In this document: positions 8,158-15,515 of the stretch, piece after piece
How the letters are laid out: each line of letters starts with the position of its first letter
How positions within the stretch are numbered: the stretch's first letter is position 1
Source of the DNA: a virus
Lineage: Duplodnaviria; Heunggongvirae; Uroviricota; Caudoviricetes
Strand: one strand, 5' to 3'
DNA: 21,272 nt
Virus record (IMG/VR): IMGVR_UViG_2617270964_000007
Location: 1 to 21,272 of that record
Made by a program: the position numbers and the translations under genes
The notes under the pieces: generated by a model
Told to the model about the DNA's origin: nothing
The model's input: only the letters and a program-made list of their open reading frames with translations
Databases searched by the model: none

Positions 8158-8219
8158 ATCTCACCTCAAATAAGTGGTTTGCTGCCAAAACAATAAACCA
8201 TCCGGAAATTCCAGATAGC

Positions 8220-8444
8220 TCATAATTCACTCTTCAATACTTCCAACTTACTAATCGCCGATAGATATCCGCGCTGATAGGGCATCATCATTCCTTCTAG
8301 CTTGCCACTTCTTAACTCCTCCCTGAGCAATTGTATTGCTTGATCAATAACCTCTGCCTTAGCGTCCTTTATGGCTTGCTTGCGGGGCTTTGCTTTCTGC
8401 TTTGGCAGATTTCTCAAGCATGATGGAATGTATGTCTGATTCAT
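8220..8444 (-). CDS. Hypothetical protein, about 74 aa, immediately downstream of the N-like gene
   Basis: ATG at 8444 abuts the N stop codon (TAA-GTG-ATG), with GAGG upstream. Lys/Arg-rich N-terminus. Unknown function. Confidence 0.45.
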   Translation of the reverse strand: MNQTYIPSCLRNLPKQKAKPRKQAIKDAKAEVIDQAIQLLREELRSGKLEGMMMPYQRGYLSAISKLEVLKSEL

Positions 8445-8447
8445 CAC

Positions 8448-8720
8448 TTACCTCGCCGTCAGTTGTTTTGATTTCCGGTAGCCTGCCGCGTAAATGGCTA
8501 CGTTTGGCAGGCAAATACTTCCGCTGCATTCATCTGCCTTCTTGCAGCGAAGGCTTCCGAGTGATGCTGCTTTATCTGCTCTGACGCAACCAGAGAGCTT
8601 TAGCGCAATCTTTCGCGCCAGTCGCTGTTCTTGCATTGCCTGTTCACGTTGAGCCTGTCTGCGTGCTCTGCGGCGATTTCTGGCGTTATCGTCAGCCAGA
8701 TATGTAATGACTACTGTCAT
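8448..8720 (-). CDS. N: N-like transcription antitermination protein with arginine-rich motif, 90 aa
   Basis: ATG at 8720 with GGAGGT upstream; the track ORF extends further 5' into the leader. It contains the arginine-rich motif NARNRRRARRQAQREQ near the N-terminus, and the ends (MTVVITY… / …YAAGYRKSKQLTAR) resemble P22 gp24 as I recall it. It is the first gene downstream of pL and nutL. Confidence 0.65.
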   Translation of the reverse strand: MTVVITYLADDNARNRRRARRQAQREQAMQEQRLARKIALKLSGCVRADKAASLGSLRCKKADECSGSICLPNVAIYAAGYRKSKQLTAR

Positions 8721-9031
8721 GTTGACCTCCGATGAAACAACTTTGGAATTGATAGTGATTGCAAAGTGGTTTCTGGCCCCTCGAACTGAGGGGCAGAAAG
8801 AGCATCTCGCCACCTAATAGGTCAATGCTCGGATCGAGAGATTTAATTAACCTCGGTTTTGAAGTTATGCATTCACATAAATCCTCCTGTTGCATGTGCA
8901 GCATTGGCTGTGTTTGGCGGCTGCATTTCGCCTATGGAATTGACTTTGGCGGTGACGCGCCGGGTGCTTATCTTCCGGTTGCCGTCGTGCAGCTGCACTT
9001 CACGTCACCCCAAAGCCAACTACTCTTTGGT

Positions 9032-9072
9032 TCCCGCATTTCGGCGGGACAATCCCATCAATGTTAAAGAGC
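9032..9072 (-). promoter_or_regulatory. nutL: nutL: boxA (GGCTCTTTAACA) and boxB hairpin (UCCCGCCGAAAUGCGGGA) on the leftward transcript
   Basis: Read on the minus strand, boxA at 9072-9062 matches the boxA consensus (TGCTCTTTAACA) in 11 of 12 positions. It is followed by a boxB stem-loop at 9049-9032 identical to the boxB found after cro at 10189-10206. Confidence 0.6.
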
Positions 9073-9119
9073 CTGCCAATCTGTTCCGTTTAGCTACCAG
9101 CGTCCTGCTGATGGCTTAA

Positions 9120-9201
9120 ATTTAAGATCTCTTTAATTAATGGTCAAGAGTATTTTTGAAGAAAACTTAAATTTTCTTTCGTAACTTAAGTTTGGCTTTG
9201 A
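9120..9201 (-). promoter_or_regulatory. oL/pL region: P22-type operators and leftward early promoter
   Basis: An 18-bp site ATTTAAGATCTCTTTAAT (9120-9137) fits ANTNAAG-N4-CTTNANT. A second site (9155-9172, TTTGAAGAAAACTTAAAT) has one mismatch, and a weaker third lies near 9184-9201. On the minus strand TTGACC (complement of 9142-9147), a 16-nt spacer and TTAAAT (complement of 9120-9125) form a sigma70-like promoter pointing at nutL and N. Confidence 0.6.
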
Positions 9202-9215
9202 TTTTTAAAGGAAAT

Positions 9216-9240
9216 AAAAAAAAAGGGGCGAATGCCCCCT
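9216..9240 (-). terminator. Rho-independent terminator at the 3' end of the repressor gene
   Basis: On the minus strand the hairpin GGGGGCATTCGCCCC overlaps the cI stop and is followed by 9 U (A-run 9216-9224 on the plus strand). It would insulate pL from repressor-gene transcription. Confidence 0.6.
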
Positions 9241-9890
9241 TATGGAAGGTTTGCTAGTTTTGCATCGACAACTACGCCGATGATTTTGCAGTTTCCGTTG
9301 ATCTCGATCATCGGATATTGTGGGTTAAGTGGTTTTAGAAACTTCCTGCCTGCATCAATAACTAACTTCTTGAAAGTTGCCTCGTTTTCTCCTTCGAGCT
9401 TTGCAACTACCAGTTTCCCGTTACGCGGCTCTACTTCAGGATCGACGAGTATTATCATTCCTTCAGGGATACTGAGACCGGCCGGAGCCGTCATTGAGTC
9501 TCCCTTCACGTCCAACCAAAACGAATCTTCTGAACAGTCTACGGTTGTATCGTACCAGTTATCTATTGCACGCTTATGATATGGTTCTACAGCTTCCATC
9601 CAGCATCCTGCGCTCACCCAGCTAATCAGAGGGTATGACCCTCTTGGATCATGCCTACTGTGATAGGCAATGTTTGAAAGACTTTCCTCTCCTTTCATCA
9701 GATAGTCAGGGGAACACTTCAACGCATTAGCCAGGGCGAGAAGATTCTCTCCATTTGGCTCTGTCTCAGAGCGTTCCCACTGAGATATGGCAACATTAGA
9801 CACGCCGACCATCTTTCCAAGTGCGGCCTGCCTGATCTTGAGTTCTTTTCTCCGAGCGCGAATGCGCTCTCCCATCAATTGAGTTTTCAT
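9240..9890 (-). CDS. c2: Phage repressor, P22 C2-type (HTH_XRE N-terminal domain plus LexA-like S24 autopeptidase domain), 216 aa
   Basis: HTH segment LKIRQAALGKMVGVSNVAISQWERSE. The C-terminal domain has the S24 catalytic motif GDSM and a downstream Lys (…VVAKLEG…). The whole protein closely resembles P22 C2 as I recall it. It is divergent from cro across operator sites. Confidence 0.9.
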   Translation of the reverse strand: MKTQLMGERIRARRKELKIRQAALGKMVGVSNVAISQWERSETEPNGENLLALANALKCSPDYLMKGEESLSNIAYHSRHDPRGSYPLISWVSAGCWMEAVEPYHKRAIDNWYDTTVDCSEDSFWLDVKGDSMTAPAGLSIPEGMIILVDPEVEPRNGKLVVAKLEGENEATFKKLVIDAGRKFLKPLNPQYPMIEINGNCKIIGVVVDAKLANLP

Positions 9891-9956
9891 AGTTAAGACA
9901 TCTTAAATAAACTTGACTTAAGATTCCTTTAGTGGATAATTTAAGTGTTCTTTAAT
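9891..9956. promoter_or_regulatory. oR (three 18-bp P22-type operators) with overlapping pR and pRM
   Basis: Three sites fit ANTNAAG-N4-CTTNANT: AGTTAAGACATCTTAAAT (9891-9908), ACTTAAGATTCCTTTAGT (9916-9933) and ATTTAAGTGTTCTTTAAT (9939-9956). pR is read as -35 TTGACT (9913-9918) and -10 GATAAT (9935-9940), pointing at cro (ATG 9971). Confidence 0.75.
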
Positions 9957-9970
9957 TTCGGAGCGAGTCT

Positions 9971-10156
9971 ATGTACAAGAAAGATGTTATCGACCACTTC
10001 GGAACCCAGCGTGCTGTAGCTAAAGCGTTAGGCATTAGCGACGCAGCAGTCTCTCAGTGGAAGGAAGTCATCCCAGAGAAAGACGCCTATCGACTGGAAG
10101 TCGTTACAGCTGGCGCCCTGAAGTATCAAGAAAGCGCTTACCGCAAAGCGGCATAA
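9971..10156 (+). CDS. cro: Cro repressor, P22 Cro-like, 61 aa
   Basis: First rightward gene after oR. HTH segment TQRAVAKALGISDAAVSQW. The length and sequence resemble P22 Cro as I recall it. Confidence 0.85.
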   Translation: MYKKDVIDHFGTQRAVAKALGISDAAVSQWKEVIPEKDAYRLEVVTAGALKYQESAYRKAA

Positions 10157-10162
10157 GCAAAT

Positions 10163-10206
10163 TGCTCTTTAACAGTCATGGTCCTCATTCCCGCCGAAAT
10201 GCGGGA
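10163..10206 (+). promoter_or_regulatory. nutR: nutR: boxA TGCTCTTTAACA (10163-10174) and boxB hairpin (10189-10206), followed by a weak tR1-like hairpin
   Basis: A perfect boxA consensus sits 7 nt after the cro stop. The boxB stem-loop TCCCGCCGAAATGCGGGA is identical to the one in nutL. A GCGCA/TGCGC hairpin with a U-rich tail follows at about 10213-10245. Confidence 0.65.
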
Positions 10207-10264
10207 ATACAACGCGCATCAGTTGGTGCGCATAACTTCTTATTTGTTAAGGAAATACTTACAT

Positions 10265-10543
10265 ATGCAACTTACAAGTACTCGCAAGAAAGCGAATGCA
10301 ATTACAAGCAACATCCTAAATCGAATTGCTGTACGTGGTCAGCGAAAGGTTGCTGATGCATTAGGGATCAATGAATCGCAAATTTCGCGATGGAAAGACA
10401 GCTTTATCCCAAAGATGGCCATGCTTCTGGCTGTGCTGGAGTGGGGTGTTGAAGACAAGGAATTAGCGGAGCTGGCAAAGAAAGTAGCCATGGTGCTGAC
10501 AAAAGAAAAGCCTCAAGACTGCGGCAACAGTTTTGAGGCCTGA
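10265..10543 (+). CDS. c1: CII/C1-like transcriptional activator (lysogeny establishment), 92 aa
   Basis: ATG at 10265 with AAGGAAA upstream; the track ORF starts further upstream at an alternative codon. HTH segment QRKVADALGINESQISRWK. It occupies the cII position after cro-nutR, and 92 aa matches P22 C1 as I recall. Confidence 0.7.
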   Translation: MQLTSTRKKANAITSNILNRIAVRGQRKVADALGINESQISRWKDSFIPKMAMLLAVLEWGVEDKELAELAKKVAMVLTKEKPQDCGNSFEA

Positions 10544-10577
10544 TGTAGAAAGACTGGATCAATCCACAGGAGTAATT

Positions 10578-10739
10578 ATGACAAAACGTCGTAAGAAATA
10601 CCAGGAAAAAGAAGAGATTCGACACCCTGATTCACCTGAGGGATTAGTGGTAGCCGCAGCAAATAACAGGGCGTTCGCAGAGCGCCTTGTTGGTGTTTAC
10701 AGACTAGCCAAAGCAGGAGTGAAACATGGGCGTCGTTAA
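10578..10739 (+). CDS. Small basic hypothetical protein, 53 aa, between c1 and the replication gene
   Basis: ATG at 10578 with CAGGAG 6 nt upstream. Its 3' end overlaps the start of the O-like gene by 14 nt. No family recognised. Confidence 0.35.
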   Translation: MTKRRKKYQEKEEIRHPDSPEGLVVAAANNRAFAERLVGVYRLAKAGVKHGRR

Positions 10740-11547
10740 GTTAGCTGATTACAGGCCTCAACTGGAGGTCGTGGAGCATCGCGTGGCAGATACCGAAGAT
10801 GGTTTCATGCGCGTTGCTAACGAGATTACCGACAGTCTGCTGATGGCTGATTTAACCGTCCGGCAGTTGAAGGTGATGCTCGCTATCATGCGCAAGACAT
10901 ACGGATTCAATAAGCCGATGGATCGACTCACAAACACGCAGATAGCAGCCATGACAGGTATTCATCACACTCATGTTTGCGCTGCTAAGCGCCAGCTTAT
11001 TGAGCGTAAATTCCTCATTGCTGATGGCGTGAAAATCGGAGTGAACAAGGTGGTTTCGCAGTGGATTAGCCAGGACAGCTTAACATTAGCTAAAACAGCT
11101 AATAAAACATTAGCCAAGTCGGCTAATGGGCATAAGCCAAGTCAGCTAAACACAAAAGACAATATACAAAAGACAATAAATACAAATACCCCCTTCCCCC
11201 CTAACGGGGGCGGCGATGGGCAGGTTAAACCTGAACGTCGCAAGGCAGAACGAATCGACTACGAATCCTTCCTGAACGCCTACAACACCGAAGTCGGTGA
11301 CAGACTTCCACACGCTGTTGCGGTCAACGAGAAACGCAAACGCCGCCTGAAGAAAATCATCCCGCAACTGAAAACGCCAAACGTGGACGGTTTCAGGGCG
11401 TATGTCAGGGCGTTTGTGCATCAGGCCAAGCCGTTTTACTTCGGAGACAACGACACGGGCTGGACAGCTGATTTTGATTACCTGTTGAGGGAAGATTCGT
11501 TAACGGGAGTACGGGAAGGGAAGTTTGCAGACAGGGGGATTGCATGA
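10726..11547 (+). CDS. O: Replication initiator, lambda O-like N-terminal DNA-binding domain with a divergent C-terminal domain, 273 aa
   Basis: The N-terminal segment [37 protein letters not shown] resembles lambda O (…DLTKRQFKVLLAILRKTYGWNKPMDRITDSQLSEIT…). The gene contains an iteron/AT-rich origin and is translationally coupled to the helicase gene (ATGA). Confidence 0.85.
   Translation: MGVVKLADYRPQLEVVEHRVADTEDGFMRVANEITDSLLMADLTVRQLKVMLAIMRKTYGFNKPMDRLTNTQIAAMTGIHHTHVCAAKRQLIERKFLIADGVKIGVNKVVSQWISQDSLTLAKTANKTLAKSANGHKPSQLNTKDNIQKTINTNTPFPPNGGGDGQVKPERRKAERIDYESFLNAYNTEVGDRLPHAVAVNEKRKRRLKKIIPQLKTPNVDGFRAYVRAFVHQAKPFYFGDNDTGWTADFDYLLREDSLTGVREGKFADRGIA
11083..11190. repeat. ori: Candidate origin of replication inside the O-like gene: three dyad-symmetric iterons plus an AT-rich unwinding element
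   Basis: Iterons TTAGCTAAAACAGCTAA (11086-11102), TTAGCCAAGTCGGCTAA (11110-11126) and AGCCAAGTCAGCTAA (about 11135-11149) sit on a 24-bp phase, each a TTAGC-N7-GCTAA dyad. They are followed by AT-rich ACACAAAAGACAATATACAAAAGACAATAAATACAAATAC (11151-11190) and a GC-rich clamp. Confidence 0.55.
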
Positions 11548-12920
11548 GACAGGATATCGAAGCGAGCGTTATCGGTGGCCTGCTGATTGGTGGATTAACT
11601 CCAACCGCCAGTGACGTTCTGGCAACGCTGGAGCCGGAAGCGTTTTCAATTCCGCTCTACCGGAAAGCCTTCGAGGTTATCCGCAAGCAGGCGCGAAACA
11701 GAAACCTAATCGACGCGCTGATGGTTGCCGAGGCGTGCGGAGAGGAGCATTTCACGTCAATCCTGATGACCAGCAAAAACTGCCCGAGTGCCGCAAACCT
11801 GAAGGGATATGCAGGAATGGTCGCGGATAACTATCACCGCCGTCTGGTGCTGGAAATCATGGATGAAATGCGTGAACCAATTCAGAGCGGAACCATCGAC
11901 GCATCGAGTCAGGCGATGGATGAACTTGTAAAGCGTCTTTCAGCCATCAGAAAGCCACGTGACGAGGTTAAACCTGTGCGGTTAGGGGAAATCATCACCG
12001 ACTACACTGACACGCTTGACAGGCGTCTGAGGAACGGAGAAGAGTCAGATACCCTGAAGACCGGAATCGAAGAACTTGACGCTATCACCGGAGGGATGAA
12101 CGCAGAAGACCTGGTGATTATCGCTGCTCGTCCGGGTATGGGGAAAACCGAACTGGCGCTGAAGATTGCCGAAGGCGTTGCAAGCCGCGTTATTCCTGGT
12201 TCTGACGTCCGGCGCGGAGTGTTGATTTTCTCAATGGAAATGAGCGCATTGCAGATTGCAGAGCGAAGCATTGCCAACGCCGGGAGGATGTCGGTTAGTG
12301 TGCTGCGAAATCCTGCAGCGATGGATGACGAAGGCTGGGCGCGCGTTGCTAACGGCATGAGTCAGCTTGCGGATTTGGATGTATGGGTAGTCGATGCCTC
12401 GCGGTTATCGGTCGAAGAAATACGCTCAATCGCAGAACGGCATAAACAGGAAAATCCAAACCTGTCTCTAATCATGGCGGATTATCTTGGCCTGATTGAG
12501 AAGCCGAAAGCAGACCGCAACGACCTAGCAATTGCTCACATCTCCGGAAGCCTGAAGGCGATGGCGAAAGACCTGAAAACGCCTGTTATCTCCCTAAGTC
12601 AGCTTTCGCGCGATGTTGAGAAGCGACCAAACAAACGCCCGACAAACGCAGATTTGCGTGATTCAGGAAGCATTGAACAGGACGCAGACTCAATCATCAT
12701 GCTCTATCGGGAAGCGGTATATGACGAGAACAGTAGCGCCGCGCCATTTGCTGAAATCATCGTGACGAAAAACCGTTTTGGCTCGCTTGGTACGGTTTAC
12801 CAGCGGTTCTGTAACGGACACTTTGTTGCATGTGACCAGGATGAAGCCAGACAGATTTGCACAGCATCAAATGCACCTGCTGCGCGTGGCAGACGATATG
12901 CACAAGGGGCGGACGTATGA
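11544..12920 (+). CDS. DnaB-family replicative DNA helicase (P22 gene 12-like), 458 aa
   Basis: Walker A motif ([15 protein letters not shown]) and a DnaB-like C-terminal RecA-fold region with N-terminal helical domain. It is coupled to the O-like gene, so the phage brings its own helicase rather than a lambda P-type loader. Confidence 0.88.
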   Translation: MRQDIEASVIGGLLIGGLTPTASDVLATLEPEAFSIPLYRKAFEVIRKQARNRNLIDALMVAEACGEEHFTSILMTSKNCPSAANLKGYAGMVADNYHRRLVLEIMDEMREPIQSGTIDASSQAMDELVKRLSAIRKPRDEVKPVRLGEIITDYTDTLDRRLRNGEESDTLKTGIEELDAITGGMNAEDLVIIAARPGMGKTELALKIAEGVASRVIPGSDVRRGVLIFSMEMSALQIAERSIANAGRMSVSVLRNPAAMDDEGWARVANGMSQLADLDVWVVDASRLSVEEIRSIAERHKQENPNLSLIMADYLGLIEKPKADRNDLAIAHISGSLKAMAKDLKTPVISLSQLSRDVEKRPNKRPTNADLRDSGSIEQDADSIIMLYREAVYDENSSAAPFAEIIVTKNRFGSLGTVYQRFCNGHFVACDQDEARQICTASNAPAARGRRYAQGADV

Positions 12921-12945
12921 CCATCTACATCACTGAGTTAATAAC

Positions 12946-12976
12946 AGGCCTGCTGGTAATCGCAGGCCTTTTTATT
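12946..12976 (+). terminator. Rho-independent terminator (tR2-like) between the replication genes and the nin region
   Basis: AGGCCTGC-(5-nt loop)-GCAGGCCT followed by TTTTTATTT, immediately after the helicase stop. Confidence 0.6.
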
Positions 12977-12993
12977 TGGGGGAGAGGGAAGTC

Positions 12994-13434
12994 ATGAAAA
13001 AACTAACCTTTGAAATTCGATCTCCAGCACATCAGCAAAACGCTATTCACGCAGTACAGCAAATCCTTCCAGACCCAACCAAACCAATCGTAGTAACCAT
13101 TCAGGAACGCAACCGCAGCTTAGACCAGAATAGAAAGCTTTGGGCTTGCCTTGGTGACGTCTCTCGTCAGGTTGAATGGCATGGTCGCTGGCTGGATGCA
13201 GAAAGCTGGAAGTGTGTGTTTACCGCAGCATTAAAGCAGCAGGACGTTGTTCCTAACCTTGCCGGGAATGGCTTTGTGGTAATAGGCCAGTCAACCAGCA
13301 GGATGCGTGTAGGCGAATTTGCGGAGCTATTAGAGCTTATACAGGCATTCGGTACAGAGCGTGGCGTTAAGTGGTCAGACGAAGCGCGACTGGCTCTCGA
13401 ATGGAAAGCGCGATGGGGAGATCGGGCAGCATGA
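12994..13434 (+). CDS. ninB: NinB (Orf-family recombination mediator), 146 aa
   Basis: ATG at 12994; the track ORF begins 18 nt upstream at a different start. The translation MKKLTFEIRSPAHQQNAIHAVQQILPD… matches lambda NinB as I recall it. Confidence 0.85.
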   Translation: MKKLTFEIRSPAHQQNAIHAVQQILPDPTKPIVVTIQERNRSLDQNRKLWACLGDVSRQVEWHGRWLDAESWKCVFTAALKQQDVVPNLAGNGFVVIGQSTSRMRVGEFAELLELIQAFGTERGVKWSDEARLALEWKARWGDRAA

Positions 13435-13958
13435 CTATCAAATCAAATACGCCAGCACACGACAAGGACTGCTGGCAAACGCCGCTTTGGCTTTTTGATG
13501 CACTGGATATTGAGTTTGGATTCTGGCTGGATTCGGCAGCGAGCGACAAAAATGCTCTGTGCGCTCACTGGCTAACTGAGGCCGACGATGCGCTCAATTC
13601 TGAGTGGGTAAGCCACGGTGCAATCTGGAATAACCCACCGTACAGCAATATCAGGCCGTGGGTGGAAAAAGCCGCTGAGCAGTGCATACAACAGCGACAG
13701 ACGGTAGTGATGCTTGTGCCAGAGGATATGTCTGTCGGATGGTTCAGCAAGGCTCTGGAGAGTGTTGACGAAGTTCGCATTATCACTGATGGACGGATTA
13801 ATTTTATCGAACCATCGACGGGGCTGGAGAAGAAGGGAAACAGCAAAGGCTCCATGCTGCTGATTTGGCGACCGTTCATCAGTCCTCGACGGATGTTTAC
13901 TACCGTATCCAAAGCGGCATTGATGGCGATCGGGCAGGGTGTCAGGAGGGCTGCATGA
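13431..13958 (+). CDS. Phage DNA N6-adenine methyltransferase (Dam family, NPPY motif)
   Basis: ATG at 13431 overlaps the ninB stop. It contains the catalytic motif WNNPPYS and the conserved WQTP motif near the N-terminus, typical of the phage Dam-family MTases. It sits between ninB and ninC, which are adjacent in lambda. Confidence 0.75.
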   Translation: MTIKSNTPAHDKDCWQTPLWLFDALDIEFGFWLDSAASDKNALCAHWLTEADDALNSEWVSHGAIWNNPPYSNIRPWVEKAAEQCIQQRQTVVMLVPEDMSVGWFSKALESVDEVRIITDGRINFIEPSTGLEKKGNSKGSMLLIWRPFISPRRMFTTVSKAALMAIGQGVRRAA

Positions 13959-14800
13959 TAAATGTCGTTAGTTTCTCAGGTGGCAGGACGTCAGCATATT
14001 TGCTCTGGCTAATGGAGCAAAAGCGACAGGCAGGTGAAGACGTGCATTACGTTTTCATGGATACAGGGGCAGAGCACCCTAAAACATATGAGTTCATCCG
14101 AAATATCGTCAGTAACTGGAAAATAGACTTACATTGCCTTCGTGTAATACCTAATCCAGAAATGGGGAAGGCCAGTAGTTATGAAGAGATAGGTGACAAT
14201 GATATTGGTCCAGATCTTATACCGTGGAAAAGGATGTTAAATAAATACGGACATCCATATATCGGCGGTGCGTTCTGTACCGACAGAATGAAGTCTGTTC
14301 CATTCACCAAATATTGTCAGGAAAAGTTTGGGAAAGGAAATTACATCACATGGCTTGGCATTCGCACAGATGAACCAAACAGGCTTAAAAGGGCTAATGG
14401 TTTTCGGTACCTGGCTGATATAAGCGATTTTGACAAACAGGATGTGCTTGATTGGTGGAGTGGGCAGAAGTTTGATCTTGGCATACAGGAGCATCTTGGT
14501 AATTGTGTTTTCTGTATAAAAAAAAGTATGCAAAAGGTTGCGCTGGCAGCCATGGATGAGCCAGAACTTGCAGATGCATTTATCAACATCCTTGATACAG
14601 AAATAAAAACAGGAAAGGAACCGGTTATGTATCGAGGGAATAATACACTTAAATCACTGATTGCCTTGTTTAGTGATATATCAAGAGATGAGTTAGCCTC
14701 AAGAATGACATCAATGCGACAGTATGATTCAGGTTCGTGTTCTGAATCATGTGAAGCATTTTCATGTCAGCTTGGATTTAATTTTGAGGATGCGGCATGA
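13955..14800 (+). CDS. ninC: NinC, PAPS-reductase-like PP-loop protein, 281 aa
   Basis: ATG at 13955 with AGGAGG upstream. PP-loop motif SFSGGRTS near the N-terminus and cysteine clusters CVFC and [10 protein letters not shown] near the C-terminus. The N-terminus [20 protein letters not shown] resembles lambda NinC as I recall. Confidence 0.8.
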   Translation: MINVVSFSGGRTSAYLLWLMEQKRQAGEDVHYVFMDTGAEHPKTYEFIRNIVSNWKIDLHCLRVIPNPEMGKASSYEEIGDNDIGPDLIPWKRMLNKYGHPYIGGAFCTDRMKSVPFTKYCQEKFGKGNYITWLGIRTDEPNRLKRANGFRYLADISDFDKQDVLDWWSGQKFDLGIQEHLGNCVFCIKKSMQKVALAAMDEPELADAFINILDTEIKTGKEPVMYRGNNTLKSLIALFSDISRDELASRMTSMRQYDSGSCSESCEAFSCQLGFNFEDAA

Positions 14801-14973
14801 GACGACAGCGACGAAGCATCACCGACATCATCTGCGAAAACTGCAAATACCTTCCAACGAAACGCTCCAGAAATAAACGCAAGCCAATCCCAAAAGAATC
14901 TGACGTAAAAACCTTCAATTACACGGCTCACCTGTGGGATATCCGGTGGCTAAGACATCGTGCGAGGAAATGA
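14797..14973 (+). CDS. ninD: NinD-like small protein with CxxC motif, 58 aa
   Basis: ATG overlaps the ninC stop (ATGA). The translation [58 protein letters not shown] is below the 60-aa track threshold and matches lambda NinD as I recall. Confidence 0.6.
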   Translation: MRRQRRSITDIICENCKYLPTKRSRNKRKPIPKESDVKTFNYTAHLWDIRWLRHRARK

Positions 14974-14975
14974 CA

Positions 14976-15260
14976 ATGGATTATTCACAGTTAAGTGATT
15001 TTGAAATTAACGTGGCGGTATTCGAAGCCATTCATAACGGATCACCGGATTACAAAGAAGGTGAGAATGGCGCGATGGTGTTTATCTCATTTGAGGGAGA
15101 CATTGTAAACGGAGACGCAGTTGAAGTAGAAGTTGAGCGCGGATCCTTTAACCCATGCGCAAACCCAGCAGACGCATGGCCGATTATTGAAAAATACAGG
15201 ATTAGCATTATCAATCTCGATGAAGACGAGTGGGGGTGCACGCGGTGTGGCCTACTGTAA
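14976..15260 (+). CDS. Hypothetical acidic protein, 94 aa, at the position where lambda carries ninE
   Basis: ATG at 14976 with GAGGAA 6 nt upstream. No family recognised. The C-terminus has a CxxC (CTRCG). Confidence 0.45.
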   Translation: MDYSQLSDFEINVAVFEAIHNGSPDYKEGENGAMVFISFEGDIVNGDAVEVEVERGSFNPCANPADAWPIIEKYRISIINLDEDEWGCTRCGLL

Positions 15261-15335
15261 ATCTAAGCGAGCTATACATGAAAATCCCCTCCGCGCCGCC
15301 ATGATTGTCTTTCTCATGATGCAGAGAATCCAATA

Positions 15336-15515
15336 ATGCTTAGCCCATCCCAATCCATTCAATACCAGAAAGAAAGCGTCGAGCGAGCTTTAACGTGCGC
15401 TAAATGCGGTCAGAAGCTGCATGTGCTGGAAGTTCACGTGTGTGAGCACTGCTGCGCAGAACTGATGAGCGATCCGAATAGCTCAATGTACGAGGAAGAA
15501 GACGATGGTGATTAG
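15336..15515 (+). CDS. ninF: NinF-like small cysteine-rich protein, 59 aa
   Basis: The translation MLSPSQSIQYQKESVERALTCAKCGQKLHVLEVHVCEHCCAELMSDPNSSMYEEEDDGD carries CxxC…CxxCC (a zinc-ribbon-like pattern) and resembles lambda NinF as I recall. It falls below the track length cutoff. Confidence 0.6.
   Translation: MLSPSQSIQYQKESVERALTCAKCGQKLHVLEVHVCEHCCAELMSDPNSSMYEEEDDGD

Noticed and set aside
8692-9119. Track ORFs 8759-9067 (+), 8859-9119 (+) and 8692-8904 (-) between the N-like gene and the repressor gene
   Set aside because: They lie across the pL leader, nutL and the N 5' region, run antisense or out of frame to the N-like gene, and have no convincing ribosome-binding sites.
10057-10625. 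Track ORFs 10057-10356 (+) and 10404-10625 (-) around nutR and c1
   Set aside because: The first reads through the cro 3' end and the nutR boxA/boxB region out of frame with cro. The second is antisense to c1. Neither has a supporting SD.
12002-12358. Minus-strand ORF inside the helicase gene
   Set aside because: Antisense to the DnaB-family helicase frame, which has clear motifs.
13865-13954. N-terminal extension of the track ORF 13865-14800 (MATVHQSSTDVYYRIQSGIDGDRAGCQEGC…)
   Set aside because: The extension overlaps the 3' end of the Dam-family MTase gene in another frame. The ATG at 13955 has a strong AGGAGG SD and gives the NinC-like N-terminus [10 protein letters not shown], so the shorter start is preferred.
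14234-14590. Minus-strand ORFs inside ninC (14237-14533, 14341-14589, 14394-14579)
   Set aside because: Antisense to the PP-loop NinC frame, so they are shadow ORFs.
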